Part shown: one piece after another, positions 22,783 through 38,939 of the stretch
Position numbering within the stretch: position 1 is the stretch's first letter
How the letters are laid out: each line of letters starts with the position of its first letter
Assembly: GCF_009914755.1 (NCBI RefSeq)
Contig: NC_060947.1
Origin: the human T2T-CHM13v2.0 reference genome, Homo sapiens
Strand: one strand, 5' to 3'
DNA: 64,000 nucleotides
Program-made: the position numbers and the translations under genes
The notes under the pieces: model-generated
Seen by the model: only the letters and a program-made list of their open reading frames with translations
Told to the model about the DNA's origin: nothing
Database searches by the model: none

Positions 22783-23909
22783 GTAAGTCGAACTTTGCTT
22801 TAAACTCTTAGGTATTTGCAGGTAAAGATTAGGTTTCTAGAAATTGCACTCCCAGCTGATTGACCTGAAAATAAAATATAGCTAGTTTTCAGCTTCGCCA
22901 CAGTGGAGCAACAAATGAAGAGATATGCTACAGGCCTAGAAGGGGCAGGAAGGAGTCAGGCCCAGAACTCTACCCGCCCGTCCTGCCTTTTCCCCTTTTG
23001 TATGTACTGTTTTGCTGTAATGAGTAAGTGGACGGTTGTAACACCTGAGAGAGAAATTTGGGTGTGCTGCCCCACTTGGATCTGCCACCCCAACTTTCTT
23101 TTCCTCCCAGACTGCCACTGCTCTCCCCCTTAGTTTTCTTTCAGTTGGGTCTTATCCTACTCCATGCAGCTTGACGATCCTTTTCTCTCCTTCCATTCCC
23201 CACCTTTACCCCGTAGTTATTCCCCAAAGTACCCAAAGAGGATCCCACCCCTGCCCTGCCTTTCCATCTTCACTTACTTCCAAGCACTTTGTCCACAACA
23301 CAAACACACAAGCAGGTGCCCCCTTGTTTTCACACCCCTTTGCCTTATAGATCAATGTCTGCTCTTCTTCTTTCCTCCTGTTCCAGAGGAAAAGGCAGCC
23401 CTTGCAAGCCACCCAAGCCAGTAAATTCACTTCATTATTTTTGTATTTTTGTGAATAATTATTTTACTTTCATAACACAGAGGTATATAAAGAAAGAAAA
23501 GCCCTCCACCCAGCTGTCCCATACCCCATCCCACCCTATATCCCCATACCCTGCTGCCTCCTATCCCCTGACCCTGAGCCCACCCCCACCCCAGGTACCT
23601 TGTTTGCTAAATATATTTCCAGACCATTTTCTATGCTTACACAAACATAAAACTGTAACGTAAGACAAACATAAATACATAAATTTGTAACATTCATATA
23701 CACACTCACAGAACTTTGGGGAGTTTTGTTTTACAAAAACAAAAGCAACCTTGTCATATGATTTTTTCTTCATTTAACAATACAGGGGCCATGCCTCCAA
23801 TACAGTATGCAAAATCTACCACATTCTTTCACAAGTGTTTTGCATTTTCAAGCTTTCTTCAGCTATCTCCTTCTCCATGGCTCAGATTTCTCCCATATTC
23901 AAAAGAACC

Positions 23910-24210
23910 GGCTGGGCACGGTGGCTCATGCCTGTAATCTCAGCACTTGGGAGGCTGAGGCAGGTGGATTGCCTGAGGTCAGGAGTTTGAGACCAGCCTG
24001 GCTAACATGGTTTCTACTAAAATTACAAAAATTAGCCGGGCGTGGTGGCACATGCCTGTAGTCCCAGCTACTCAGGAAGCTGAGGCAGGAGAATCACTTG
24101 AACCCGGGAGGCAGAGGTTGGAGTGAGCCAAGATTGCACCACTGCACTCCAGCATGGGCAGCAGAGCGAGACTCCGTCTCAGGAAAAAAAAGAAAATTAA
24201 AGAAAAAAAA
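23910..24210 (+). mobile_element. AluS element with a small internal deletion
   Basis: ggctgggcacggtggctc...gagactccgtctc followed by an A-rich tail. Confidence 0.92.
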
Positions 24211-24469
24211 TCCTCTCTCAACTGAGTATCTCACTTCAATCCTTCCCTTCACAACCAAGAATCCTTGAGGAAGAGCCTCCCTCACTGACTCCACATCATC
24301 CTCACTCACTCCTCACTTCCGCAGTTTGGCTTCTGCCCTTGCCGCTCCCCTAGATCTGCTGGAAGATCCAAAGTAAATGCCAGACCCAGTGGATACTTTT
24401 CAGCTCCTGAGAGGGCCCCTCAGCTTTATTGACCTTTTTCTCCTAATTCTTGCCGTTCTGACTGCTCCT

Positions 24470-24702
24470 AAGTACCTCATTTTCCAACCAGGGACAATTT
24501 TGCCCTCTAGTGGACATGTGGGAGTATCTGGAGGCATTTTTGGTTGTTACAACTGGGACTCTGAGGGGGTGGATGCTCTGGCAACTAGTGGGTAGAGGCT
24601 AGGAATTCTGCTAAACATCCTACAATGTACTGGACAGCCCCCTGCAACAAAGAATTATCCAGCTCCAAATGTCAAGAGTACTGAGACTAAGAAACCCTGC
24701 CC
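24470..24702 (+). mobile_element. MER20 DNA transposon
   Basis: ggacaattttgccc...gcatttttggttgttacaactggg...ctgctaaacatcctacaatg...aaagaattatcc...agaaaccctg. Confidence 0.8.
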
Positions 24703-25017
24703 TAGAGATATAGAAAGAAACCCAAAGACATTTCTGAAACTGCAGGCCAGGAACCTGGCCCTCAATCCTGATTATTGTTCATCCCCAACAGGAGAAAACC
24801 TAAAAATCAAGTTTAGCTGCAGCAGAGATGCCCCAGGGCCATGACAGCTTCTTAGTCTCTAGGTCCACAGATCCTGGGCAATATCCAGGGCTCCTTCAGT
24901 TGTGTCTCAGTCTGGTCCAGGTGTAGCCCCTTCTCATCCTTCCACCTGTGCGCTAAAACATACATGTAGCCCCCGTCAACAAAACTTACAATCATCAGAG
25001 GGAGAGAAGCAGACTAA

Positions 25018-25170
25018 CCCGTCACCTACCCCCTTACCGTACCCACTCCTATCCTCCTCCACCTCACCCCTTCCCTCTGGAAGTTGATTTCCCATTGGGA
25101 TATGTTTCTGTTCTGTTCTACATTTCTGAATTCACTGAGAGCTTTGTAGCCAGATTTCCCTCCCACATTT
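25018..25170 (-). pseudogene. Degenerate second copy of the TEX13 C-terminal codons and proximal 3'UTR
   Basis: 25081-25167 aligns by eye with 26417-26504. The minus strand reads KCGREIWLQSSQ* versus LCGRRIWLQKPQ*. Both copies are flanked by a similar C-rich tract. Confidence 0.7.
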
Positions 25171-26468
25171 ATCATGGTGGTGGGTTGGGGGAGAGAATCT
25201 CTCAAGATGGCACCATGCTTTGGCTCATAGTCTAGACCAGCAAACCCTCTGAGCACTATCAGTTGCTGACTCACCTCCTTGGCAGTGGCAGTTCTCTTTT
25301 CAGATCTGACTGCCCTGGTTCTACTCACTGGGGACTGGAAAGGATTCTCCTGTCATGGGGCCATACAGTCATAGCAGTCTGCACCTGCATGGTGCTGGTG
25401 TCTTCTGTAGGTAGGCCTAAGGGATTCCCTTAGGGGTGGCAAATCTCTGCTGTTGATTTGAGTCAGGATGAACCTGGGGTTCATCCTGGGCCTGTTTTGA
25501 TTGTTTCTTGTGATATAACTCACTCAGAGCATGAATGAACTTCTATCCAGTTCATTCATGGAAACTCTTGGGATTCAGGAATCTCCACTGCTCACCACAC
25601 CCTGATGCAACTCCCCAGCCAGTCCCACCATTTTCTTTAATGGTCTTTTGTTCAAAATTGCTCTTCTGGTACAAACTTCTGACTGGGAAATAATCTGGTT
25701 GCTCAGAACAGAAACTCACTCAAATTAGTTTAAAGTAAAGGGGATCTGTGTAAAGTACATTTTCCTGTAGCACAACTACAGGAAGTGAAAAGTGATTGGG
25801 CCATCACTACCCTCTCCATCTCTCTGTAGTCACAGGATGAACTCCTCTATGCCTGTCTGCTCCCTGAAACCTCATACTGGCGTCCTCTAAAAGACACTTG
25901 ACTCTGTAAAGCATCCAGTTCTGTTCCCCCACAGCCAGGGCCAGGCCTCAGCTATGGCCTTGGTGTCCATGGCTGTGACCCTGGCCCCAACTCCAAGTGA
26001 CCCACTGCTTCATTGCCCAACACTATTCTGACTGTGGAATCTGCCTGTCTGTTCAGATTTTCTAACGTAAAAATTCATTTGGCTCAGGATTGGTCAAATA
26101 TCCACTCCTGCTCCAATTATCTAAAGCCTACATGAAGGGAGAGAGTGTAGGTGTTACATACTGCCCAGGTCCGACAGATACTTAAGATAGGGAGCTAGAG
26201 ACACACACACAAATAAAAACTGCAGTAGTTCTGGAGTGTTGACTACTAATACTCTGAAATACAAATGGAGTCATTAAAACATGTCTCTCCCTGCCTGTCA
26301 TCTACATCCTCCCACCCACAACCCCGCCTCCCCGCCCCCCTACTGTCCAATCTTCCCACTCATCCCCTTTCCCCCACTCCACCCAATCCCCCTCCCACCT
26401 CTCCCCTCTCCCCCTGAAGATTGATTTCCCATTGAGATATATTTCTGTTCTATTTTACATTTCTGAAT

Positions 26469-26933
26469 TTACTGAGGCTTTTGCAGCCAGATTCGCCTCC
26501 CACAGAGGAAGCAATTTTCCCTCCATGAAAAATTCACAGCTTTACACCACGGGCAGTCCCAGTTCCCTGGCCTGCGATATACTGGAGGTCTTCTCTGCTG
26601 ATGGAGTTCGGAGTCTCTCCTGTCTCTTGGGGGCTCTTGAGGGTCTATTCCCTGGGCCTCCACATCTGACCACAGGCTAGCATCAGAGGCCCCCCAGTTG
26701 AAAGGCATCTGAGTTGGAACCCGTTCTGTGACCTTTGCTGGTGAAGGGGGTATATTGGGTATGGCTGAGAAGGCGGACAAAGGGCATGGGTATGAGTATG
26801 TGAATGAGGTAGGGAGCTGGACAGGAAGAGGCTCCAGTGAGACTGTGGACCCAAGCCCAGAGAAGACAGACATGGCTGTTTGTACTGACCTGAGATCTTT
26901 CTCCCTCTGCCCCGCAAAGGTGTAATTTGCCTG
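26469..26933 (-). other. Out-of-frame, stop-free TEX13-type C-terminal region with a RanBP2-type zinc finger
   Basis: The frame reads QANYTFAGQREKDLRSVQTAMSVFSG...RRPPVYRRPGNWDCPWCKAVNFSWRENCFLCGRRIWLQKPQ*, matching W-x-C-x2-C-x3-N-x6-C-x2-C. Confidence 0.9.
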
Positions 26934-27730
26934 CTACAATAGCTCCGAGGGGCTGCCTGAAGCCTCCTCCCAGCCCCTGCAAGACCTCTGCGGGGGCAGG
27001 CCCTGCCTCTGCATACCTCTCCTCTCCTTTTCCTCCAGCAGCACCAGCAGCAGCCACCGCCTCCTTTTCCTGCTCACCTGCTCCTTCTGTCCAATCCCCT
27101 CCGGCAGTGGCCAGGCCTGGAAACACTGTAGCCTGGCCCTGTCCCTGGGGAGGTGCCAGCTCCTGGAGAGAAGTAGGCAGAGCTGAAACACATTCTGGGG
27201 ACAGGGCAGGGGGTCCGGACAGGTTGGGGCAGGGCAGAGGCATTGGACAGGGACCATTCGGGGGATCTTACGGCATGGAAGAGCTTCCATCTCAGCATGT
27301 CCCGCTCTCTCTGCACCTCCGCAAGGCTGGTCTCGGTTAGCTGCAACTGGAAGGTCGCCTCATTGCATTCCATCTCCTGCTGTTCCTTGAGTTCCGTCAG
27401 GTTTGAGGCCAAGACCAGCGCAGCTGATCTGTGCAGTTTGGCAAAGCCTTGCAGCCACTGCACCCTGCGGTTTTGTAACTGCCCCTGCCTGTGGGCAAAG
27501 CGCACACCCAAGGCCAGGCTGCCCCAGGTGCAGGCCTCTTTGACCTCGCTGGGCACCTCGCTGTCCTCCAGGATGGCCCTGAGCTTGTCTTCCACCTCCT
27601 CCCAGGATAAGGATATATTCTCGAAGTAGAACTCGGGGCCTTTCGTGTGCCTGGCCATTTTCTCGATGATGAAGGCCACCACGTTTCCGTGCCGGAACCC
27701 ACTACTGGGGTCCTCAGGTCTCAAGGCCAT
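26683..27730 (-). CDS. TEX13B: Testis-expressed protein 13B, 312 aa; coding exons 27730-27272 and 27162-26683 (109-bp phase-0 intron)
   Basis: The N-terminus MALRPEDPSSGFRHGNVVAFIIEKMARH...CTWGSLALGVRFAHRQ is the TEX13 domain. Donor GCC|gtaaga at 27272/27271 and acceptor ctccag|GAG at 27163/27162 give 153+159 aa = 312 aa, ending DAFQLGGL, which matches my recollection of human TEX13B. Confidence 0.95.
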
Positions 27731-27912
27731 GATCGCCTAGGGGCTTAACGGTTTCACTAGCCCTGTGTGGATGGAGCAGCCAATAGGTTTCTTTCCTCCT
27801 CCTTAGCCCCTCCCCTCATCTGTCTTCTCCGCCCTCCCACCTCTGACAAGACCCTCCTAATGACCCTCTGACCGGCTTGTCCTACCCTAGGACATCTCCC
27901 ACCAGGCCTCAC

Positions 27913-28000
27913 CTCTTCAGCCAGGGCCAGAGGAAGTACAGGCCAACCCCGCTGCTTAACACGCCTGAAGAGAGGGTGGCCTCTTTCCCTCCTAGGGCTC
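27913..28000 (-). other. TEX13B: Probable non-coding first exon of TEX13B (intron 27912-27763); 5' boundary uncertain
   Basis: Donor GAG|gtgagg at 27913/27912 and acceptor ccacacag|G at 27763/27762, 32 nt before the ATG. Confidence 0.6.
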
Positions 28001-28616
28001 TGCGGGAAAAGAAGCCTCAGGGCCAACCCATGAGGATTTTACTCTGGGACTGTTCCAATTTCCAGAGACTGTAGGGGTGAAAGGGAGTGAGTGAGGAAGG
28101 CCTCTGCCATTCCACTGGGACAAAAGGGAACCTGCCACATGGTCGGGAGACCTTGAAGGCTGAAAGAAACAGGAGTGGTCCGGAAGGACTTAGGACCAAA
28201 AAAAGTATTTGTGAACAAGTTGAAGACTTATCCCTCCCCATCATAATGGTTTGTGCCATGCCAGGGGAGTTTCGCCCCCAACTGGAATATTCTAGAGCAG
28301 GAAACAGCCCCAACCCCTCAGTTGCCCTTGGAGGAAGAGGGTGGAGCCAGGAGCGGAGCTTATCCCCTGTTTGCTCAGGACTAAACATCCCAGACACCCT
28401 AACAAATCCTGGCCTGCCTTTCCTCCCTTAGCTCCTCTTTCCCCACACTCCTCCCATCACCCCTTCTCCCACTCCTCCCCTACTGAAACGCCTTGAATCT
28501 TGAAGCAACTGTGGGAGAAAGAGAGTTAGGAGTAGCATAAATACACCTTTTTACCAAAACATGAAATATCAGAGATCTTCCATCAGAGGGATATGAATAT
28601 GTCTCTTAAAACCTTC

Positions 28617-28968
<352 letters not shown>

Positions 28969-30140
28969 TCAGGTTGAGTCCAGCGTTGCTACGTATTACA
29001 TGACATTGTACTGTAACTGAATCTGTTTCTACCTATGGATCTATGATGATGGCCAATGACAAAAGGGCATGTAAAGTTGTAGGAGTAATGTTTTCTATGA
29101 TCCCGTATTTGTGTGTATGTGTGTGTTTGCATATGTTTGTATGTTTCTATAATCTTGGAGAACAGAATGAGAGAGGATATATAGCAGACTCAACATTAAT
29201 TATCTCTGGGAAGTGGGGTTGGACTGGAGGTTAGAAAAAAAGTTTTTAACTTTAAAATACATTTTTCTCTAATTTCGCTTGTTACAAAGAGCATATAACT
29301 AACTATATGTATGCATACATCACAAATCTGGAAAGTTATATACTAACACTTTAACAGTGGTTATCTTTGGGTAATAGGAATACAGTACTTTAAAAAATAT
29401 TCTTGACATTTTTCTCTATTGTAAAATTGTTTATAATAAACGTGTTATGTTTTTCAAAATTGAAAAAAAATGTTTCTCCCAGTAACAGCTGATCATTGTA
29501 AATAATTTTTAAGTGCTTGGAAAGTACTTCTATAATCCTACCCTTCCTTCAACCTGGGTGATAATCCCTCTTAATAGTTATATAGTCTTTTAGATAGGCC
29601 ATAGCAAGTAATTTTTAGTTTTTCAAACGAAGCATCTTCTCTCTTCCTCTGTGGCCCTTGCACAGGCTCCTCTGTGCATGCACGGATTTCTCCTCATCCC
29701 CTCCTGCTCTCTCCACTCCCATTCTTTTCATTCACCTAACTCCTATACAGTTTCTATTCCCTTTTCATGACAGTGCTCAAACATTTCTTCCTCTTGTATT
29801 TCCTGATTCTCCAGACCCCACCTCAAGCTAGGCTGAATTGTGCAACCTTTTTGTGTCCCCATAACAACTTGTGCATATGTCTGACGGTACTTTTCACACT
29901 GTATTGTAATCTGTGATTTTCTCGTCATTTTTCTCCATCAACTGGGGATTCCTGGAGGGTTTAGTCTGTGTCTTAATTATCTTTGTGTTTTCAGCATCTA
30001 GCACAGTGGTAAGCACCCAATATATTAATTATTGAATGAATTGAAATAATTTATTACATCAGCAAGGTGCTAACAAGTACCTCTAAAGATATCTCTTATT
30101 TTTTTTGTTTGTTTCTGAAATGTATTTTTTCTCCACACAG

Positions 30141-30311
30141 ACTGATTTTCTGTCGCCTCACAGCTTCTTGTGGTAGGGACCTCTCCTCAGTATTTGAAAC
30201 TAACCAGCATCTGACAGATTTCGAATTTGTAAAAAATACCCTCGAAGATTCAGGAATGAAGCTTCTGTGTGAAGGATTAAAACAGCCCAACTGTGTCTTA
30301 CAGACATTGAG
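30141..30311 (+). pseudogene. 171-bp NLRP LRR exon, open frame
   Basis: cacag|A CTG...TTG AG|gtaatt. Reads LIFCRLTASCGRDLSSVFETNQHLTDFEFVKNTLEDSGMKLLCEGLKQPNCVLQTL. 171 bp, phase 2-2, is the canonical NLRP LRR exon. Confidence 0.95.
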
Positions 30312-30425
30312 GTAATTGTAGCAGGATAATTTGTTATTTGATATTCTTATTTTGGGGGTCAATTTCTATTTCTGTTGGGGGAGAGCATGAATGTGGTAAT
30401 GAGGTCATTCTTCTGTTCTCTAAAG

Positions 30426-30596
30426 GTGGTACCGGTGCCTTATCTCTTCTGCTTCTTGTGGGGCTCTAGCAGCTGTTCTTAGCACCAGTCAGTGGCTCAC
30501 TGAACTGGAATTTAGTGAGACAAAACTGGAAGCTTCAGCTTTGAAATTGCTCTATGGAGGCTTAAAAGATCCAAATTGCAAATTACAGAAGCTCAA
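30426..30596 (+). pseudogene. Second 171-bp NLRP LRR exon, open frame (absent from the ORF track)
   Basis: taaag|G TGG...CTC AA|gtaagt. Reads WYRCLISSASCGALAAVLSTSQWLTELEFSETKLEASALKLLYGGLKDPNCKLQKL. Confidence 0.93.
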
Positions 30597-31019
30597 GTAA
30601 GTTGTAACTGTTAGTTTTCATTCTGCAGGAATATTTGAAAAATATGCAACTCAAGACGGATGTCTTAGGATCAAAACACATTTCAAGGAGTCATGAAGAG
30701 GAGGAATAAATGTGGCAGTCCCTAAAGTTGCTTCTGTGTAACAAGTTTAGGAAGACAATTTTCATTTTAAGTGGAAACATTATCAATAACAATAACTCAT
30801 GCTTAGCAATTATTGAGTACTAAGCATTGTGCTGAGTATGCACAAATTCTTTTAATCTGCACAACAGCTGTGAGAGATCCAGATTATTACTGGTATTTTC
30901 GCAGATGAGGAAATGGAAGAGGTCCAATATAGTTAGGGTAAAAAAATATGGCAAAGGCCCAATTCAAAACTCAAATGTGTCTGACTTCAAGTCCACCATA
31001 ATCACATTAATTAAAAAAA

Positions 31020-31065
31020 AGTGTTATACATGTTAGTCAAGGTTCTCCAGAGAAACAGAACTAAT

Positions 31066-31120
<55 letters not shown>

Positions 31121-31500
31121 AGAGAGAGAGCCAGAGCCAGAAACAGATTTATTTTTAAAAATTGGCTTATGCAGTTTTGGAGGCTGGCAAGTCCAAAACC
31201 TGAATGGTAGGCCGGCAGGCTAGAGAATTGGGAAAGAGTCAATGTTGTGCTTTGAGCCTGAAGGTTGTCTGGTGGTAGAACTCCCTTTTCTGAGGAAGTC
31301 AGTCTTTTTCTATTAAGGCTTTCAAGTGACTGGACGAAGCCAAACCATACTATGGATGATAATCTACTTTACTCAAAATGTACTGATTAAAATGTTAATT
31401 TCACCTAAAAAGTACTTTCACAGAAACATCTAGAATAATACTTGACAAAATATCTGGGTACCATGGCCTAGCCAAATTGACATATAAAATTAATCATCAC
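31020..31500. mobile_element. MLT2-type LTR containing a (TG)n(AG)n microsatellite at about 31069-31130
   Basis: ttagtcaaggttctccagagaaacagaac...aggctggcaagtccaaa...gccaaattgacatataaaattaatcatcaca. Confidence 0.85.
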
Positions 31501-31682
31501 AATATGTATGTGGGATTTTTTTTAAAGCAAAAGCTCTTTAGCATTCAAGTGTTATGAAATCCACATTGAAAACTCATTTTATGCAAAGTACCTCTATTTA
31601 AAATTTCTAAATTGGGGAGATATAAATGCATCTCCATATGAGCTGTCTCTCTCTCTTTTTAATGCACAAGGATTTATTCTCT

Positions 31683-37290
<5,608 letters not shown>

Positions 37291-38472
37291 CCTTGGACTC
37301 TTCGTTTGTACACTTTTCAAAAAAATGAACCAGGTGGGTAAATCAATTGAAAGTTGCATATTTCATGGAAAAAATAGCCTAAACATGTCTCTATCTGTGG
37401 GATAACTAGTGGCACATTTGTGAATAAAACTCCGTACATTCACTATACAGTCTCAATAGTAGCCAGGAAGGAAAGACAGGGCCTTACACACGTTAGGTGC
37501 TCAATAAATGTTCATTGGTGATAGATGGCTGGTGAAAGGCAGGCCTACAATTGGAATTGAGTCTCAAAGATGATAGAAAGCGAAAGGCTGGTCTACCAGT
37601 TTGTGGCAACTGCAGGTGGCAGTGACTCTGGATCTGAGGCAAGCAGGGGTTAGGAAATCCTTAAGGGAGAGAAGATCAGAAAAGATACTGTCGACAAGAA
37701 TAATGTGTAAACACTAATGGGGGTGGTAGCAACTTCGAGGTGTTTATTGTGGTTGTTACCACTTTGAGGACATCAAAGGAGTTTACTGGGAAGGGCCTGC
37801 TCATTTCACTTCACATTCTTTTTCTTTTTTTCAAGGCTCACTCTACCCAAGGGCTTAGTAAGCAGTTGCCTATGCAGCATGGGAAAGTTTTCCTCGCCCA
37901 AAGACCTGATCCTTTTCACATTCCCAGGCCTTCAGTTTTCACCACAAGTCTCATGAGATAAGGTGGTTGAAAGCACTCTATGGTCAAGAAACAAGAAACT
38001 ATTTGCAGCCTGTTAACACCTGACCTCTAATTAGGTTAGCATATTAGCTCCTGACTGTTTCCCAGGAGTCTAGAACTTACAGAACAAGTGACTTCTAGTA
38101 GTTAGAAGAGGAGAGGGGAAGAGGAGGTTCTGGAGCACTGGTAGACAACATGGCAGGCTTGGTCTGGGCATATCTGTAAGTGCCTAAACTGGAGAAGGAG
38201 GTAATGGCCTGGGGAAAGAAGGTGTACACCACTAACAAGTGTCACCTACTTGCCAGTTTTATTTATAGTTGATCCAGTTTCTCTTACTCTCCTGTGTCTT
38301 TCTTGCTTTTCTAACTCTAGAAAACCTTCCCTGAATGAGTTGGAGGTGCAGTAACATGTTCCATTCCCTAGTGGGAATGTCTCATGCTCCACCTCACCAA
38401 ACCACTCCTTAATCCCCATTAGAATGAGCTGGGGGTATGCCCCCTTTTCCAAAAGAAACAGATATTAATAAT

Positions 38473-38887
38473 TGCATTAGTCCATTCTTGCATTGCCATA
38501 AAGAAATACCTGAGACTGGATAATTTATAAAGAAAAGAGATTTTATGAACCATGAACCTAGACCAGACTCATGGTTCTGCACACTGTATAGGAAGCATGA
38601 TGCTAGCATCTGCCTGGCTTCTGGGGAGGCCTCAGGAAACTTACAATCATGGTGGAAGGCAAAGGGGGGGCTGGCATGCCACCTGGCTGGAGCAGGAGGA
38701 AGAGAGATTGAAGGGAGAGGTGCCACACACTTTTAAATGACCATATCTCATGAGAACAAACTCACTATTTTGAGGACAGTACCAAGAGGGATGGTGATAA
38801 ATCATTCATGAGAAACTGTCCCCATGATCCAATCACCTTACAATTTGACATGAAATTTGGGCAGGGACACAGATCCAAACCATATCA
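38473..38887 (-). mobile_element. MST-type MaLR solo LTR
   Basis: tgcattagtcc...ccaaaccatatca flanked by the 5-bp TSD ATAAT. Confidence 0.92.
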
Positions 38888-38939
38888 ATAATATTAATAG
38901 CAATAGGAATTATTACTGTTAATATTAATAACAATAAGA

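Noticed and set aside
26927-27629. Plus-strand ORFs opposite TEX13B
   Set aside because: They are antisense shadows of a GC-rich CDS with no independent coding signature.
27074-27730. 218-aa single-exon ORF as the TEX13 product
   Set aside because: The part after FHA reads through the 109-bp intron. The spliced 312-aa form has canonical sites.
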